Under the pieces are notes generated by a model that did not search any database, was not told the origin of the DNA, and worked only from the letters and a program-made list of their open reading frames with translations. DNA of 64,000 nucleotides from Schmidtea polychroa (Eukaryota), in the NCBI GenBank assembly GCA_044892525.1, contig CM097885.1:236842001-236906000 (forward strand). Reading direction: 5' to 3'. The position numbers and the translations under genes were made by a program. Every line of letters starts with the position of its first letter. The stretch's first letter is position 1. Shown piece after piece: positions 13,881 through 24,038 of the stretch.

Positions 13881-14506
13881 TTTACTAGGTCTTTTGACGA
13901 TATCCATGACGGGTTTTGATAACCGTGCCATTTGATATAGTATTGTTTATCCTTACCGACCTTTTTAGTTTTCAATATTTTTTGAATTCTAAATACTTTT
14001 GGGGGAGGAATGACTTGTAATTCCTGCTCATAAAATTTCCCCTGTACAATATTATTATCATTGTCTTTGATGACATACATTACAGGATTCTGTTTAGTAT
14101 TTATTTTTGAAATTACAAAGACTTCATCACTCCAATTTGTATCATAATTTTTAATAAATGGTGATGCACTAATTTTACTAATTCTAACATGGTCACCGAC
14201 TTTATATTTAGGTTTTGCAATTTTTACAGATTTTTTAGATAATGGTGTTTTTGATGTAATATCAACCGGTCTCAATCCATTCAGTCCTCGATGTGATGAA
14301 TGATTATAACTTGTTATTATTTTCGGTAAAGCATTTACCCATTTTTTATTACCTTGATGCACGAACAATTTCTTTAATCTATCTCTCAATGTTCGATTAA
14401 ATCTTTCAACATGGGCAGCTTTGTATTGAGAATGTACCGAGTAGTGATTTATTTTCAGTTTATCGAGGATTTGCTTAACTTTGCTATTGTAGAATTCTTT
14501 ACCTAA

Positions 14507-14583
<77 letters not shown>

Positions 14584-14971
14584 CTAAATCTGTTTGCAAG
14601 TTATTAGGATGTCCATCTTTAAATAAAATATTAATTGCCTTGGACATTTCTTCTGCAGATTTTGCCTTGACTGGTATTGCTCGTGCAAACCTGCTGTATA
14701 CATTAATACATGTTAAAATATATTTATTCCCATTGTTAATTTTCGAATAAGGTATCATCTCCATCAAATCCATTTGCCATAAATCGTCAATACCAAATGT
14801 TTTATACGCTCTTGTTGGAAATCTTTTCCGCATCGGTTTGTTCAAACTGTACGCAAGCTGATCTGATAACCACTTCTGGGTTTCTTTTTTCGAATTCGGA
14901 ACTCTTTTGTTTAATTTTGCCACTCCACCGAAACCGGCTTCGTCTTCTGGGTTCGTCCAAATCTTCTCCAT
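13877..14971 (-). CDS. Retroviral-type (rve) integrase with C-terminal chromodomain; 81-nt intron at 14503-14583
   Basis: DDE residues in WQMDL, QTDLGKEF (after splicing) and VERFNRTL. Chromo-like YYIKWHGY..SWI. Confidence 0.93.
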
Positions 14972-15029
14972 TACAACAAGAAGATTTAAAATTAAATTTT
15001 ATGTCGGGCAATGAAGGATTAGCACCCAT
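14802..15029 (-). CDS. Small putatively myristoylated protein overlapping the integrase start
   Basis: MGANPS matches the MGxxxS myristoylation consensus, followed by SSCC. ATG lies 3 nt after the upstream gene stop. Confidence 0.5.
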   Translation of the reverse strand: MGANPSLPDIKFNFKSSCCNGEDLDEPRRRSRFRWSGKIKQKSSEFEKRNPEVVIRSACVQFEQTDAEKISNKSV

Positions 15030-15032
15030 TGT

Positions 15033-15566
15033 TTATGATTGATTTCCTACAACTCCACCTAATAATGATAATGCCAGAGGTATCAAGGCACCAATAAATC
15101 CACCTTGTTGTTTATATATAATTTTCCTCATTTGCTTACGATTTTTATTATTTACTAAAGATAATAATGGTTTCCTATGTTTGCTCAATAAATGCTTTTT
15201 TGATTTACTGATTTTAATTTTACCTTTGACTACTTTAAGTATAATATTGAGTAAATCATCGACAACAAAATTTGGGAATGATTGCAATATATTCATTCTT
15301 TTCATACTCGGGGCCTTTAACAATGCATTAAAAAATGGAAAACTGCGATGATTTTTAACTACTTTTTTACTGGTTTTACGGGTTTTACGGGTTTTACGTT
15401 TAGGTTTAGGATTTTTCGAAATAAGATTCATTGCAGAGAAATTTTCAGTTACAAGTTTTTTAGACGGTGTATAACTAGTTGTTGGTGGAACCTTTGGAAC
15501 TTTAATAGTCTTTCTAATACCTTTTCTTAATTTCCTAATATTTTTCACCCTTGCTTTTAGAAACAT
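15033..15566 (-). CDS. Basic core protein with adenovirus pX-like C-terminus
   Basis: Very K/R rich. Ends QQGG/FIGALIPLALSLLGG, resembling a GG protease site followed by the pX hydrophobic helix. Confidence 0.72.
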   Translation of the reverse strand: MFLKARVKNIRKLRKGIRKTIKVPKVPPTTSYTPSKKLVTENFSAMNLISKNPKPKRKTRKTRKTSKKVVKNHRSFPFFNALLKAPSMKRMNILQSFPNFVVDDLLNIILKVVKGKIKISKSKKHLLSKHRKPLLSLVNNKNRKQMRKIIYKQQGGFIGALIPLALSLLGGVVGNQS

Positions 15567-15584
15567 TATTATTCATAGAGGTTT

Positions 15585-16208
15585 TCAACTTTGTTTATAA
15601 ACCATGGCACCTTTTGGGTTGAAAATATCTGTTTTTACTCGTAAATCATCGGGACATTGTTATGTGAAATCAAGAAATATATATCCATGAGGTATTTTTG
15701 TAGCATCTTGAAATGCACTGATAAGAAAATTACGATTGTTAGGGTATGCTTGGCGTGCAAGAAAATCAATCACTGTTGCATCTCTAGGATTCTTGAAAAT
15801 GACTAAATATTGTACATTTAAATTACGTGTTCGATGTGCCCCACCTTGATGAAATAGATTTTGAGTTATGAAAATAACTGTTACACCGACATGTCTGCTG
15901 ATCTTTGTAAATAAATTATTAAAATCTTTTTCTTTATTAGCTTCTTGATACAAATCATCGATAATAATGACATCACCTTTCTTTAATCGGCTGGACCAGT
16001 TTTTCATGTTTTTACTATTTTCATGTTTTTTTAATTTACAGAAACTTGATTGAGTTAATCCATGTTCTTCATCAGCACCCCTATGCCAATAAATCCTGTT
16101 GAATTTTGATTTGAATAAATTGGATTTTAGTAATTTACAAACAAATAATGTTTTTCCACTACCACTCGGACCAACGATTTGGTATACAGCATCATTTCTT
16201 AATTCCAT
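15585..16208 (-). pseudogene. A32/FtsK-like genome packaging ATPase with a late nonsense codon
   Basis: Walker A GPSGSGKT, Walker B IIIDD, SRH and ITQ. TAA at 15660-15662 is followed in frame by QCPDDLRVKTDIF.. to TGA at 15585. Confidence 0.9.
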
Positions 16209-16307
16209 TTCAAAGATTTTATAAATGTGTATTTGTTTATATTCGATGATTTAATGAACTCGTGCTCAATTTATATATAAAGACTAATTTTCATAAATGA
16301 TTTAATA

Positions 16308-16745
16308 ATGTTAGCAAATATAAATTATCGAGGAAATTTTGATGTATCGAATATGAGGTTCCCACCAGGGAAACCCCAGCAAATTATCGATAGAAGTGGG
16401 AAATATCCGATAATATTTTTCAAGACTGGTAAATGCCGAATCACGGGATGTAAGAAACCTTTGGATATTAATAAATTACAATATCGAATAAATAATATTA
16501 CAATCCAATCAATTACCGTTACTATGGATATGGGACATAGTATCAATCTATATAACATGTCGAAAAAATGTGATTGTATGTTTGAACCGGAATTGTTTCC
16601 AGCACTAAGACTATTAAAATATAACCCTATATGTGTCAACGTGTTTGCTAGTGGAAAGGTTGTCATGCTGGGGTTGAGAAATTTGGAGTATAGAGAATTT
16701 GTTGACAATGTTCGAAATGAGATAATTTCATTGGTCGATTTCTAA
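16308..16745 (+). CDS. TATA-binding-protein (TBP)-like protein, 145 aa
   Basis: Two TBP-like repeats, IIFFKTGKCRITGCK and FEPELFPAL..VNVFASGKVVMLG. Divergent from the ATPase across a TATATAAA at about 16274. Confidence 0.85.
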   Translation: MLANINYRGNFDVSNMRFPPGKPQQIIDRSGKYPIIFFKTGKCRITGCKKPLDINKLQYRINNITIQSITVTMDMGHSINLYNMSKKCDCMFEPELFPALRLLKYNPICVNVFASGKVVMLGLRNLEYREFVDNVRNEIISLVDF

Positions 16746-16819
16746 TTGGTTAATTTCTAATTGGTTATTGATTGATTTAAACAAACGGTTTTTTGTTTAG
16801 GATTCATTTTTTCAACACC

Positions 16820-17237
16820 ATGTACATATTACCAAGCGCTGCAAACCTCATGAAAGATATCGACGATTATGGTAAATTTTAAATTTTTATTTTCACATTA
16901 TTTACTATTTATTATTTTAGAAAAATATTTAGAAGTTATGATCAAAAGGATAAAATATTATTATCCTCAAATTATTGAAATTATCAAGGATCGAGAAGCA
17001 GAAATAATTCCGGACCTCATTTTCTACACAACTCAAATTAGAATAATGGAGGTATTTCACCAGTTCTTGTGGGATATAAAGATAAACAGAACCATCAAAC
17101 AAATGGAGCCGGAGTACCAGTGCATCATCGGATGCTCATGCTGTGCCGATCGATATCGGCGATATGTCGAATGGGAGTTAGTGAAAACTCTGAGAAGGTT
17201 TCACTACTCCCGGATTGTAGATTTAGGTTACCAATAA
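16820..17237 (+). CDS. Maverick accessory protein of unknown function, two exons (intron 16872-16920), Cys cluster
   Basis: ATG at 16820. A 49-nt phase-1 GT..AG intron joins MYILPSAANLMKDIDDY to EKYLEV.. in frame. Contains CIIGCSCC. Confidence 0.62.
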
Positions 17238-17577
17238 ATGTTTTTTTTATTGTGTTTTATCTTTTTTATATTTGAAATAGTAATAATAATAATAATAGAA
17301 ATAATAAAACATTAATAATAATAATAATAGAAATAATAAAACATTAATAATAAAAAAATTAATAATAATAGAAATAATAAAACATTAATAATAATAAAAC
17401 ATTAATAATAAAACATTAATAATAAAACATTAATAAAAATAATAGAACATGTGACAATGCAACATCAATGTATTTTGAATGCAATTTAAACAAAGACATG
17501 CTATAATCTGATTGGTTGATAGGCATGAGTCAAAGGTATAAAAACCCTGTAACATTTAAATTTATTCATTATTCACG

Positions 17578-17988
17578 ATGACCAAGAAAATTTCAAGCAC
17601 CGAAAAACCTAAAGAAATGGTACAACCAGTTCAAATGTTCCACAACTACAAAATGTATTTTTTGAAAGAAGAAATCAATATGAAATTGGTTGCACCAGTC
17701 AAGCTAATTCCAACTAAATTTGAATTCTTATCCGGCACGCTTTCAATGATTGATGTCAAAACTATTGATGATGTTTTTAAACGGATAGATTCGAATCTAT
17801 CGTGTAATCAACATGCATGGTTCAACAATAGATATGCAAGATTTTATGATGCTTTTGATGAAATCAGTTTCAAAGAAAATGAAAATTGGTATATAACAAT
17901 TGCAATCCAGGGATATAAAGTTGATAATAATGATGTATATTCTCCTATTTGGAAAATTATGTCTGCTAGACTTTCACAAATATTTTAA
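17578..17988 (+). CDS. Maverick accessory protein of unknown function, 136 aa
   Basis: Intact ORF preceded by ATTGG, TGAGTCA and TATAAAA (17510-17545) and followed by AATAAA (about 17999). Confidence 0.72.
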   Translation: MTKKISSTEKPKEMVQPVQMFHNYKMYFLKEEINMKLVAPVKLIPTKFEFLSGTLSMIDVKTIDDVFKRIDSNLSCNQHAWFNNRYARFYDAFDEISFKENENWYITIAIQGYKVDNNDVYSPIWKIMSARLSQIF

Positions 17989-18115
17989 TGTTATATTTAA
18001 TAAATGTATTAGTCAGATTTGTTTTTTTTCTTTATTAATTGCAACATAAATGCAAATGACATGCAAATTTAACAAAGAAAATCTATAAACAAACTTATAA
18101 TTTAGTTTTAAAGTG

Positions 18116-18690
18116 ATGAAAATGACTGCAGAAAAAGGTTAACATGATTAATTAATTACCGAATTATTTATTATTTAGAATTTTTAATCAACTTTTTGTT
18201 GGAAAAGTTAGCAGAAATATCTAGTGTGAAAACTGAGGACATATTATCTATTACAAATGCCTTAAATATCGGCTGGTTAGTTGAGAGTCAAGATACAGGA
18301 TTTGATGATGAGGAAGAAACTCAAGAAATTGATGAGTAAGAAACTCAAGAGGAAATCTATGAACCTATAGATGAACCTATAGATGAACCTATAGAGGAAC
18401 CTAAAGATGAATCTAAAGATAATATTACGAATGATTGTATTGATCATGTCGTTGAAGTTTTCAATAACTCTATTGTTGAAAATAAAAAGAATATGAAAAT
18501 TATTGATAAGAAGCATGATTATTTGTTAAAAAAGATTGAATTATTATTAAGAGAAATTCAAACAATCAAAGGATCAATAGAATATCTGAAAATCAATTCA
18601 TCGTTACCAATTTCTAACAATATTGCTGCGAATAGTAGTACATCAATATATAGTTTACCTTTGTTAATTTTACATTATTTTATTGTTTAA
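18116..18690 (+). pseudogene. Spliced acidic accessory gene with an internal stop, fused in frame to the TIR-encoded C-terminus
   Basis: Putative intron 18138-18178. Frame EFLINFLLEKLAEI..DEEETQEIDE*ETQEE..(EPID)n..ITNDCIDHVVE continues into VFNNSIVENKKNMKII. Confidence 0.55.
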
Positions 18691-18825
18691 ATAAATGTAT
18701 GTTTTGTTGATTTGTTGAGCGTGACCAGTACCCTTGTGAGCATTACCCATAGGGGGACAAAATATTTTGTCGGATAGACTCGGAGTATATAGACTCGGTG
18801 TATATAGATTAATAATAATAATAAT

Positions 18826-18904
<79 letters not shown>

Positions 18905-19697
18905 TCTTTAGAAATAATAATTTTAATAACAAGATATATGGCTCATTCGAAAGGCCTTGGATTGAGCTTTAAAATGAGCTGTCGATTATTAATTTTTGTT
19001 GACGGGAACTTTGAAAAAAATTAAAAATAATAATATTTTTTAAAAATAATAATAAAAATAATAATATTTTAAAAAATAATAATATGACCTTGATGACTCA
19101 TCGCGATGACTCATATGACCTTGAAAATGTCCTTGATGAGTCACAGGATGACTCAGGTGACCTTGAAAATGACCTTGAAAATTTTTGATGAGTCATAGTA
19201 TGAGTCATATGACCTTGGAAATTTTTTGATGAGTCTTAGTATGAGTCACATGACCTTGAGAATGACCTTGAATGAGTCATATGACCTTGAAAATGACCCT
19301 GAAGGAGTCATATGACCTTGAAAATGACCTTGAATGAGTCATGGTCTTTGTTTAAATCACCTTGAAAATGACCTTGACGAGTCATAGTATGAGTCATACG
19401 ACCTTGAAAATGACCTTGATGAGTCATGGTCTTTGTTTAAATGACCTTGAAATTTTTTTGACCTTGATGAGTCACATTATGAGTCATATGACCTTGAGAA
19501 TGTCCTTGGTGAGTCATAGGATGACTCATGGTCTTTGTTTCAATGACCTTGATGAGTCATATGTCTTTGTTTAAATTTGACCTTGAAAAAAAATGTACTT
19601 TTAGACTTAGAATATTTTTGAAAATCTTACCGACGGGGGAGGGGGGGGGGTACTGTGCTAGCGGTGCCCTGTGCCAGCCTTGCCCAATCCATCTACT
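18452..19697 (-). repeat. Right terminal inverted repeat of the Maverick
   Basis: Mirror of 2718-4139. ORF 18493-18690 repeats the C-terminus of ORF 3901-4401 (MKIIDKKHDYLLKK...LHYFIV). Confidence 0.93.
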
Positions 19698-19752
19698 GAG
19701 GGTTCCTAAAAGGAATAAATTACAAAAAAAAAATTAATTAAAAATTAATTAA

Positions 19753-19920
19753 CTAATGGGAAACCCGAGCTAATGGGAAACCCGAGCTAATGGAGAACCC
19801 GAGCTAATGGGAAACCCGATACAATGGAAAACCCGAGCGAATTGAGAAATCCAATTTCGGGAAGGCAATTAATTTAGCCGGAGAAATCTAATTTTGGGAA
19901 GGCAATTAATTTAGCCGGAT
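19753..19920 (+). repeat. 17-bp tandem repeat (CTAATGGGAAACCCGAG, about 5 copies) plus a duplicated unit of about 30 bp
   Basis: Directly visible units. GGGAAGGCAATTAATTTAGCCGGA occurs twice. Confidence 0.85.
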
Positions 19921-20883
19921 AAAAAGTAAAAAGCGCCGTCAAACAAATTCCATTCAATTAAATTAGATCTCCAAGAGGAAGCCCGGGGGGAAATAGGACC
20001 AAAGATAATTGGCAAAAATAAAGTCAATTATTAAACGAGTATAAAAGCAACTGGCAAGAAAACAAAATGCCAGTGGGTCGAAGAAAAGAAAATAGAAGTT
20101 TGAAGAGAGCGAAAAGGGAAATATTAAAGTTAGTAGAAATTAAACCATTTAAAAATCGAACGTACCAGAAAGGGACATCTCCCGTTGGAAGATCTACCCC
20201 TGCGTGAGATTTGTTAATAAATTGAAAAGTGCAGACAAAACCTGATTGTATCAAGTGTGAGTAAACTAATACAAGTGTAAAAGTGTAACTGCATCAGTGT
20301 CAATAAAGATTTTGTGTTGGGTTATTTATTTATTTATTTGCAAAAGAACACAAAGGAGTCAGACCGTAGTACCGACTTACATTAAAAACCCAACAGTAGT
20401 ATGGTAAACTTCGAGTATTTTTTAGAAGGTACGCGCAACATAAAAGTTAAGAACCACTGATCCTTTACATAAATTACGTAAACATTAAATTTTGCTTTTA
20501 AATATATCAAATTCTATAATAATTATTCGATGATCCAAAAAATTCATCTATTTTCAAAATTAGAAAAAAGTTGACTTCATCTAAACAAAAATTTAAAATA
20601 TGCGGTTATTTAGACAAAAAATAAAAATTTAATAATTCTTCGAATATACGGATATTTGGGTTAGGGTTAAACTGCAATATTACTCGAAAGATTGAAGAAA
20701 AATTTATTCTTTTCTGAGTGAAAATGTTTTATGTATGAAATTGAAAAAAATAGTAAATCTGATTTATTATATTTCTCTATAAAATTAAAAATTGAAAAAT
20801 TAATAAATTTATTTTGAAACAAAAATAACAATATTTAATATAATAACTCAAAATGAAAAAAAACCTCTGATCAAATGTTTTCA

Positions 20884-21794
20884 CTAGATTGTATTTCCAG
20901 AATAAGTCGGCTGGATTGTGATTCGAGAACAAGTCAACTGTTTCCTAAGAAAGCTATTATTTATGGTGATAATTATAAAATTTAAAATGCAATTTAAATT
21001 CGAAATGTAGATAAAAGTGCGATTGAGTTGTGACGTTGGTTTAATTGCATAAACGAGTGCGGGAATTTGACACAAAACGAACAGGATGCTCGTTTCAAAA
21101 CAAACAATTGTCAACTTCTTCACGTATTTATTGTTCTGGCCTTTATTAGCGATTGCAAATTTCAAAGAGTACAACGCGTAAAAGATTGCGATTCCAATGT
21201 ATATGGTGATATTCATGACACAGAATCCAATGATTGATATCGTGTAATAATAACTCAATATATATTTAGGAATATAAGTCTTGATACAATTTGATGTCCA
21301 GATGATATATGTCCGTAACGAAACTCTATTATTAATTCAACTCCAATCATATAACCGAAAAATATGTATAAAATATGCGATTTATTCCACCAATTGGACA
21401 TTGGCTTAAATATGCTCATCATCCGGTCACCCGCTAAAATATCAAGTATGAACATTTGACTCATAATAATTATATTTTTGAAAAATATTATTATTTCTCG
21501 TCCAACTGGATTCATCAAACTATCATATATCATAGTCAACATCTCAATAATATTTGCTAAGGACGCTACAGTATCTATAATATTTATGATTTGCATAATA
21601 ACCTGAAAGGATATTCTTTTTCCCAGTATTATTTTCTTGTGTTTCTTATAACAAATAAATAATAGTATATTTAAACAAAATCCAGAAATCATTAAGGGAT
21701 AATATATCATATAATGATACCATTCGGGAATAGTTCGCAAGAAAATATTACTTAGACATGTAGAATTATTGTTCGAATTAATATTTGAGTCCAT
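20884..21794 (-). pseudogene. Intronless rhodopsin-like (class A) orphan GPCR split by a frameshift at about 21256
   Basis: N-glycosylation sequon NNST, TM1 GFCLN, TM2 Asp, DRY-like AGDRMMSIFKP, TM6 FVLCQIP and TM7 NCILNFII. Two abutting ORFs total about 300 aa. Confidence 0.75.
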
Positions 21795-21840
21795 TAATGG
21801 AAATATTTCTGATTTTTAAGACATTTAATATTTATCTTAC

Positions 21841-21910
21841 CCAATCACATTCCCATCACATTATCCAATCACATTCCAATCACATTATCCAATCACATTT
21901 CAATCACATT
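21841..21910. promoter_or_regulatory. CCAATCACATT tandem array upstream of the GPCR
   Basis: Six CCAATCACATT-like units 50-115 bp upstream of the ATG at 21794. Confidence 0.5.
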
Positions 21911-21984
21911 TTAAATATTTTTTTATTATAACTACTGCAATAAATTTACAAAATAATTAACTATTTATATTTTTAAGATTAATA

Positions 21985-23360
21985 CAGGGTTTTTCAATTG
22001 AAATCAGATTTTTTTCAAATGAATTCAGATTTTTTTCAAATGAAATCAGAATTTTTTTTCAAATGAAATCAGAACTGTTTTAAACGAAATCAAATTCAAA
22101 TATGTATATATATTATCCATAAAATATTAATATTTTTCAAAATCAATGAACCATAAGACACCTCCAACAAAAAAATCACAATTGAGCAATGCTGCTAGAA
22201 AACTTATATGTATCAAATTTGATTCCGGCCAAAGCGTAAAAAAAATTGCTGCAGATCTCGTTATGAACTATAAAACTGTTTATAGTATTAATAGCATTTA
22301 CAAGACGACAGGAAGGATTGATAAAATGGAAGATAGAGGGTGCAAGTCCAAAAAATTGAGCGAAGAGCATTTAGTTTTTCTAAAAGAAAAAATTTCCAAT
22401 GATTGTTCTACTCCGTTGAGAGGTATGAAAAGAAGTTTGAGTGAGTCTATGAATGTTAACGTATCGTTGGCCACAATTCATAGGTCAATCAAAGACTTTA
22501 ATTTCTCTTTTAAACGAGTAGCCTTAATTCCCGCTGCCCGCAACACTGCGGAAGCTATTGAGCGCAGGTATGAGTATGCCAATGAATGTCTTTTTCCTTG
22601 GTGAAAGCGGTTTCAATTGCTCGATGAGATTGGGATATGGACGAAGCGAAGTAGGGTCGCCTGCTCGCAAAGAAGTGAGAAGTATACGAAGTAAAAACTA
22701 TTCAGTGTGCGCAGCAATCAGCAAAATGTCGATTTTGAATTTTGAAGTTGTAGAAGGTGGATACAATGCAGAGAAGTTTACAAATTTTGTCTCCCAATTT
22801 ATAGGAAATCTACGATCGAAAGGAATATCGACAGGTACGATTATAATGGATAATTGTACAATACATAAAAGTGTTGGCGTACGCGATTTGATCAACAATT
22901 CTGGATTTACGTTACGCTTTTTACCACCTTATTTGCCGCAATTAAATCCGATTGAAGAGTGTTTCTCGAAATGGAAATCAATTGTCAAATCGGCTAACGT
23001 TCTAAATGTAATCGAGTTGAAAAACGCTATTGAAATGGGACACAATTCGATAACCACGGAGGATTGTATCGGATTTTTCAACTACACGAGAAGGTTTGCA
23101 TTAAAGGCGGTAAGAAGAGAAGAATTCTGATTAAAAGTTTTAACTACCAATTTTTACTCTATCATGATTTCATTTAAAGTGTATATAATATTTTATTACC
23201 CATAAAAATTCTGGATTCAATTTAAAACAGTTCTGATTTCTATTAAAGAAATTCTGACTTCAATTGAAAAAATTCTGATTTCATTTGAAAAAATTCTGAT
23301 TTCATTTGAAAAAATTCTGAATTCATTTGAAAAAAATCTGATTTCAATTGAAAAACCCTG
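21985..23360 (+). mobile_element. Tc1/mariner-IS630 superfamily DNA transposon (DD34E), 1376 bp
   Basis: TIRs CAGGGTTTTTCAATTGAAATCAGATTTTTT with about 21-bp subterminal repeats. TA at both flanks (21983-21984, 23361-23362). Confidence 0.93.
22146..23130 (+). pseudogene. DD34E transposase, frameshifted, first Asp mutated
   Basis: HTH region, then FLGESGF (expected DESGF), IIMDN and LPPYLPQLNPIE with 34 residues between D and E. Confidence 0.88.
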
Positions 23361-23477
23361 TATCTTGATCTAAATAATAGATTAGGTGAAAGCAAATTGA
23401 TCAAAATTATAAACGAATTCGACACGTTTCGAATATTTTTTTAAATAATTATTCAGAAATATTTTAACTTAAAATAT

Positions 23478-23598
<121 letters not shown>

Positions 23599-24038
23599 TC
23601 TTAGAAGCTATAACATTCAATTCTTTTGTCATCAAATAAATTATTAAGACTAAATAAATTCAAAATTATCTTTCATTAAATCTGCTTACACAAATAAATA
23701 TTCTTGGGACATTTTCTTTTTATAAATTTTTATTTCAACCAAATATCAACTTACCATCAACATACCACATTCATACTTGAATTGCAATTTTATTAAAAAA
23801 TTATTTTATTTCAAAATTAAAATTAAAATATTTATTTTAATTTTAAACCATTTTAATTCTAATATATTTCAAATAATTTAAGTTTCACTTTTAATTTTAC
23901 AAAATTTAATCATGAAATAATTTTAATTTAACATTTTAATTTTAACTCCTCACATTATTAATAATAATATTATTATTATTATTTGTTTCGATCAGCCAGA
24001 TGACTTCTACATCTGGCTGGCGGTGTGTGTAGTGTTTA

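Noticed and set aside
16325..16708. Antisense or alternate-frame ORFs over real genes (also 6548-6787, 7916-8266, 13273-13491, 34140-34667)
   Set aside because: These are shadows of recognisable genes on the opposite strand, with no motifs of their own.
19362..19737. ORFs in the TIR arrays (also 2690-2887)
   Set aside because: They are by-products of repeated motifs (MTLMSH repeats), and the two arms do not preserve the same ORF ends.
21985..23360. Bacterial IS630 or contamination
   Set aside because: TA-flanked DD34E elements are normal in eukaryotes, and this one is embedded in intron- and microsatellite-rich DNA.
23993..24033. Helitron 3' end (hairpin then GTAG/T)
   Set aside because: It ends GTAG rather than CTRR, and the homologous hairpin at 53309 has no such terminus. 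It is better explained as the head of the capture family.
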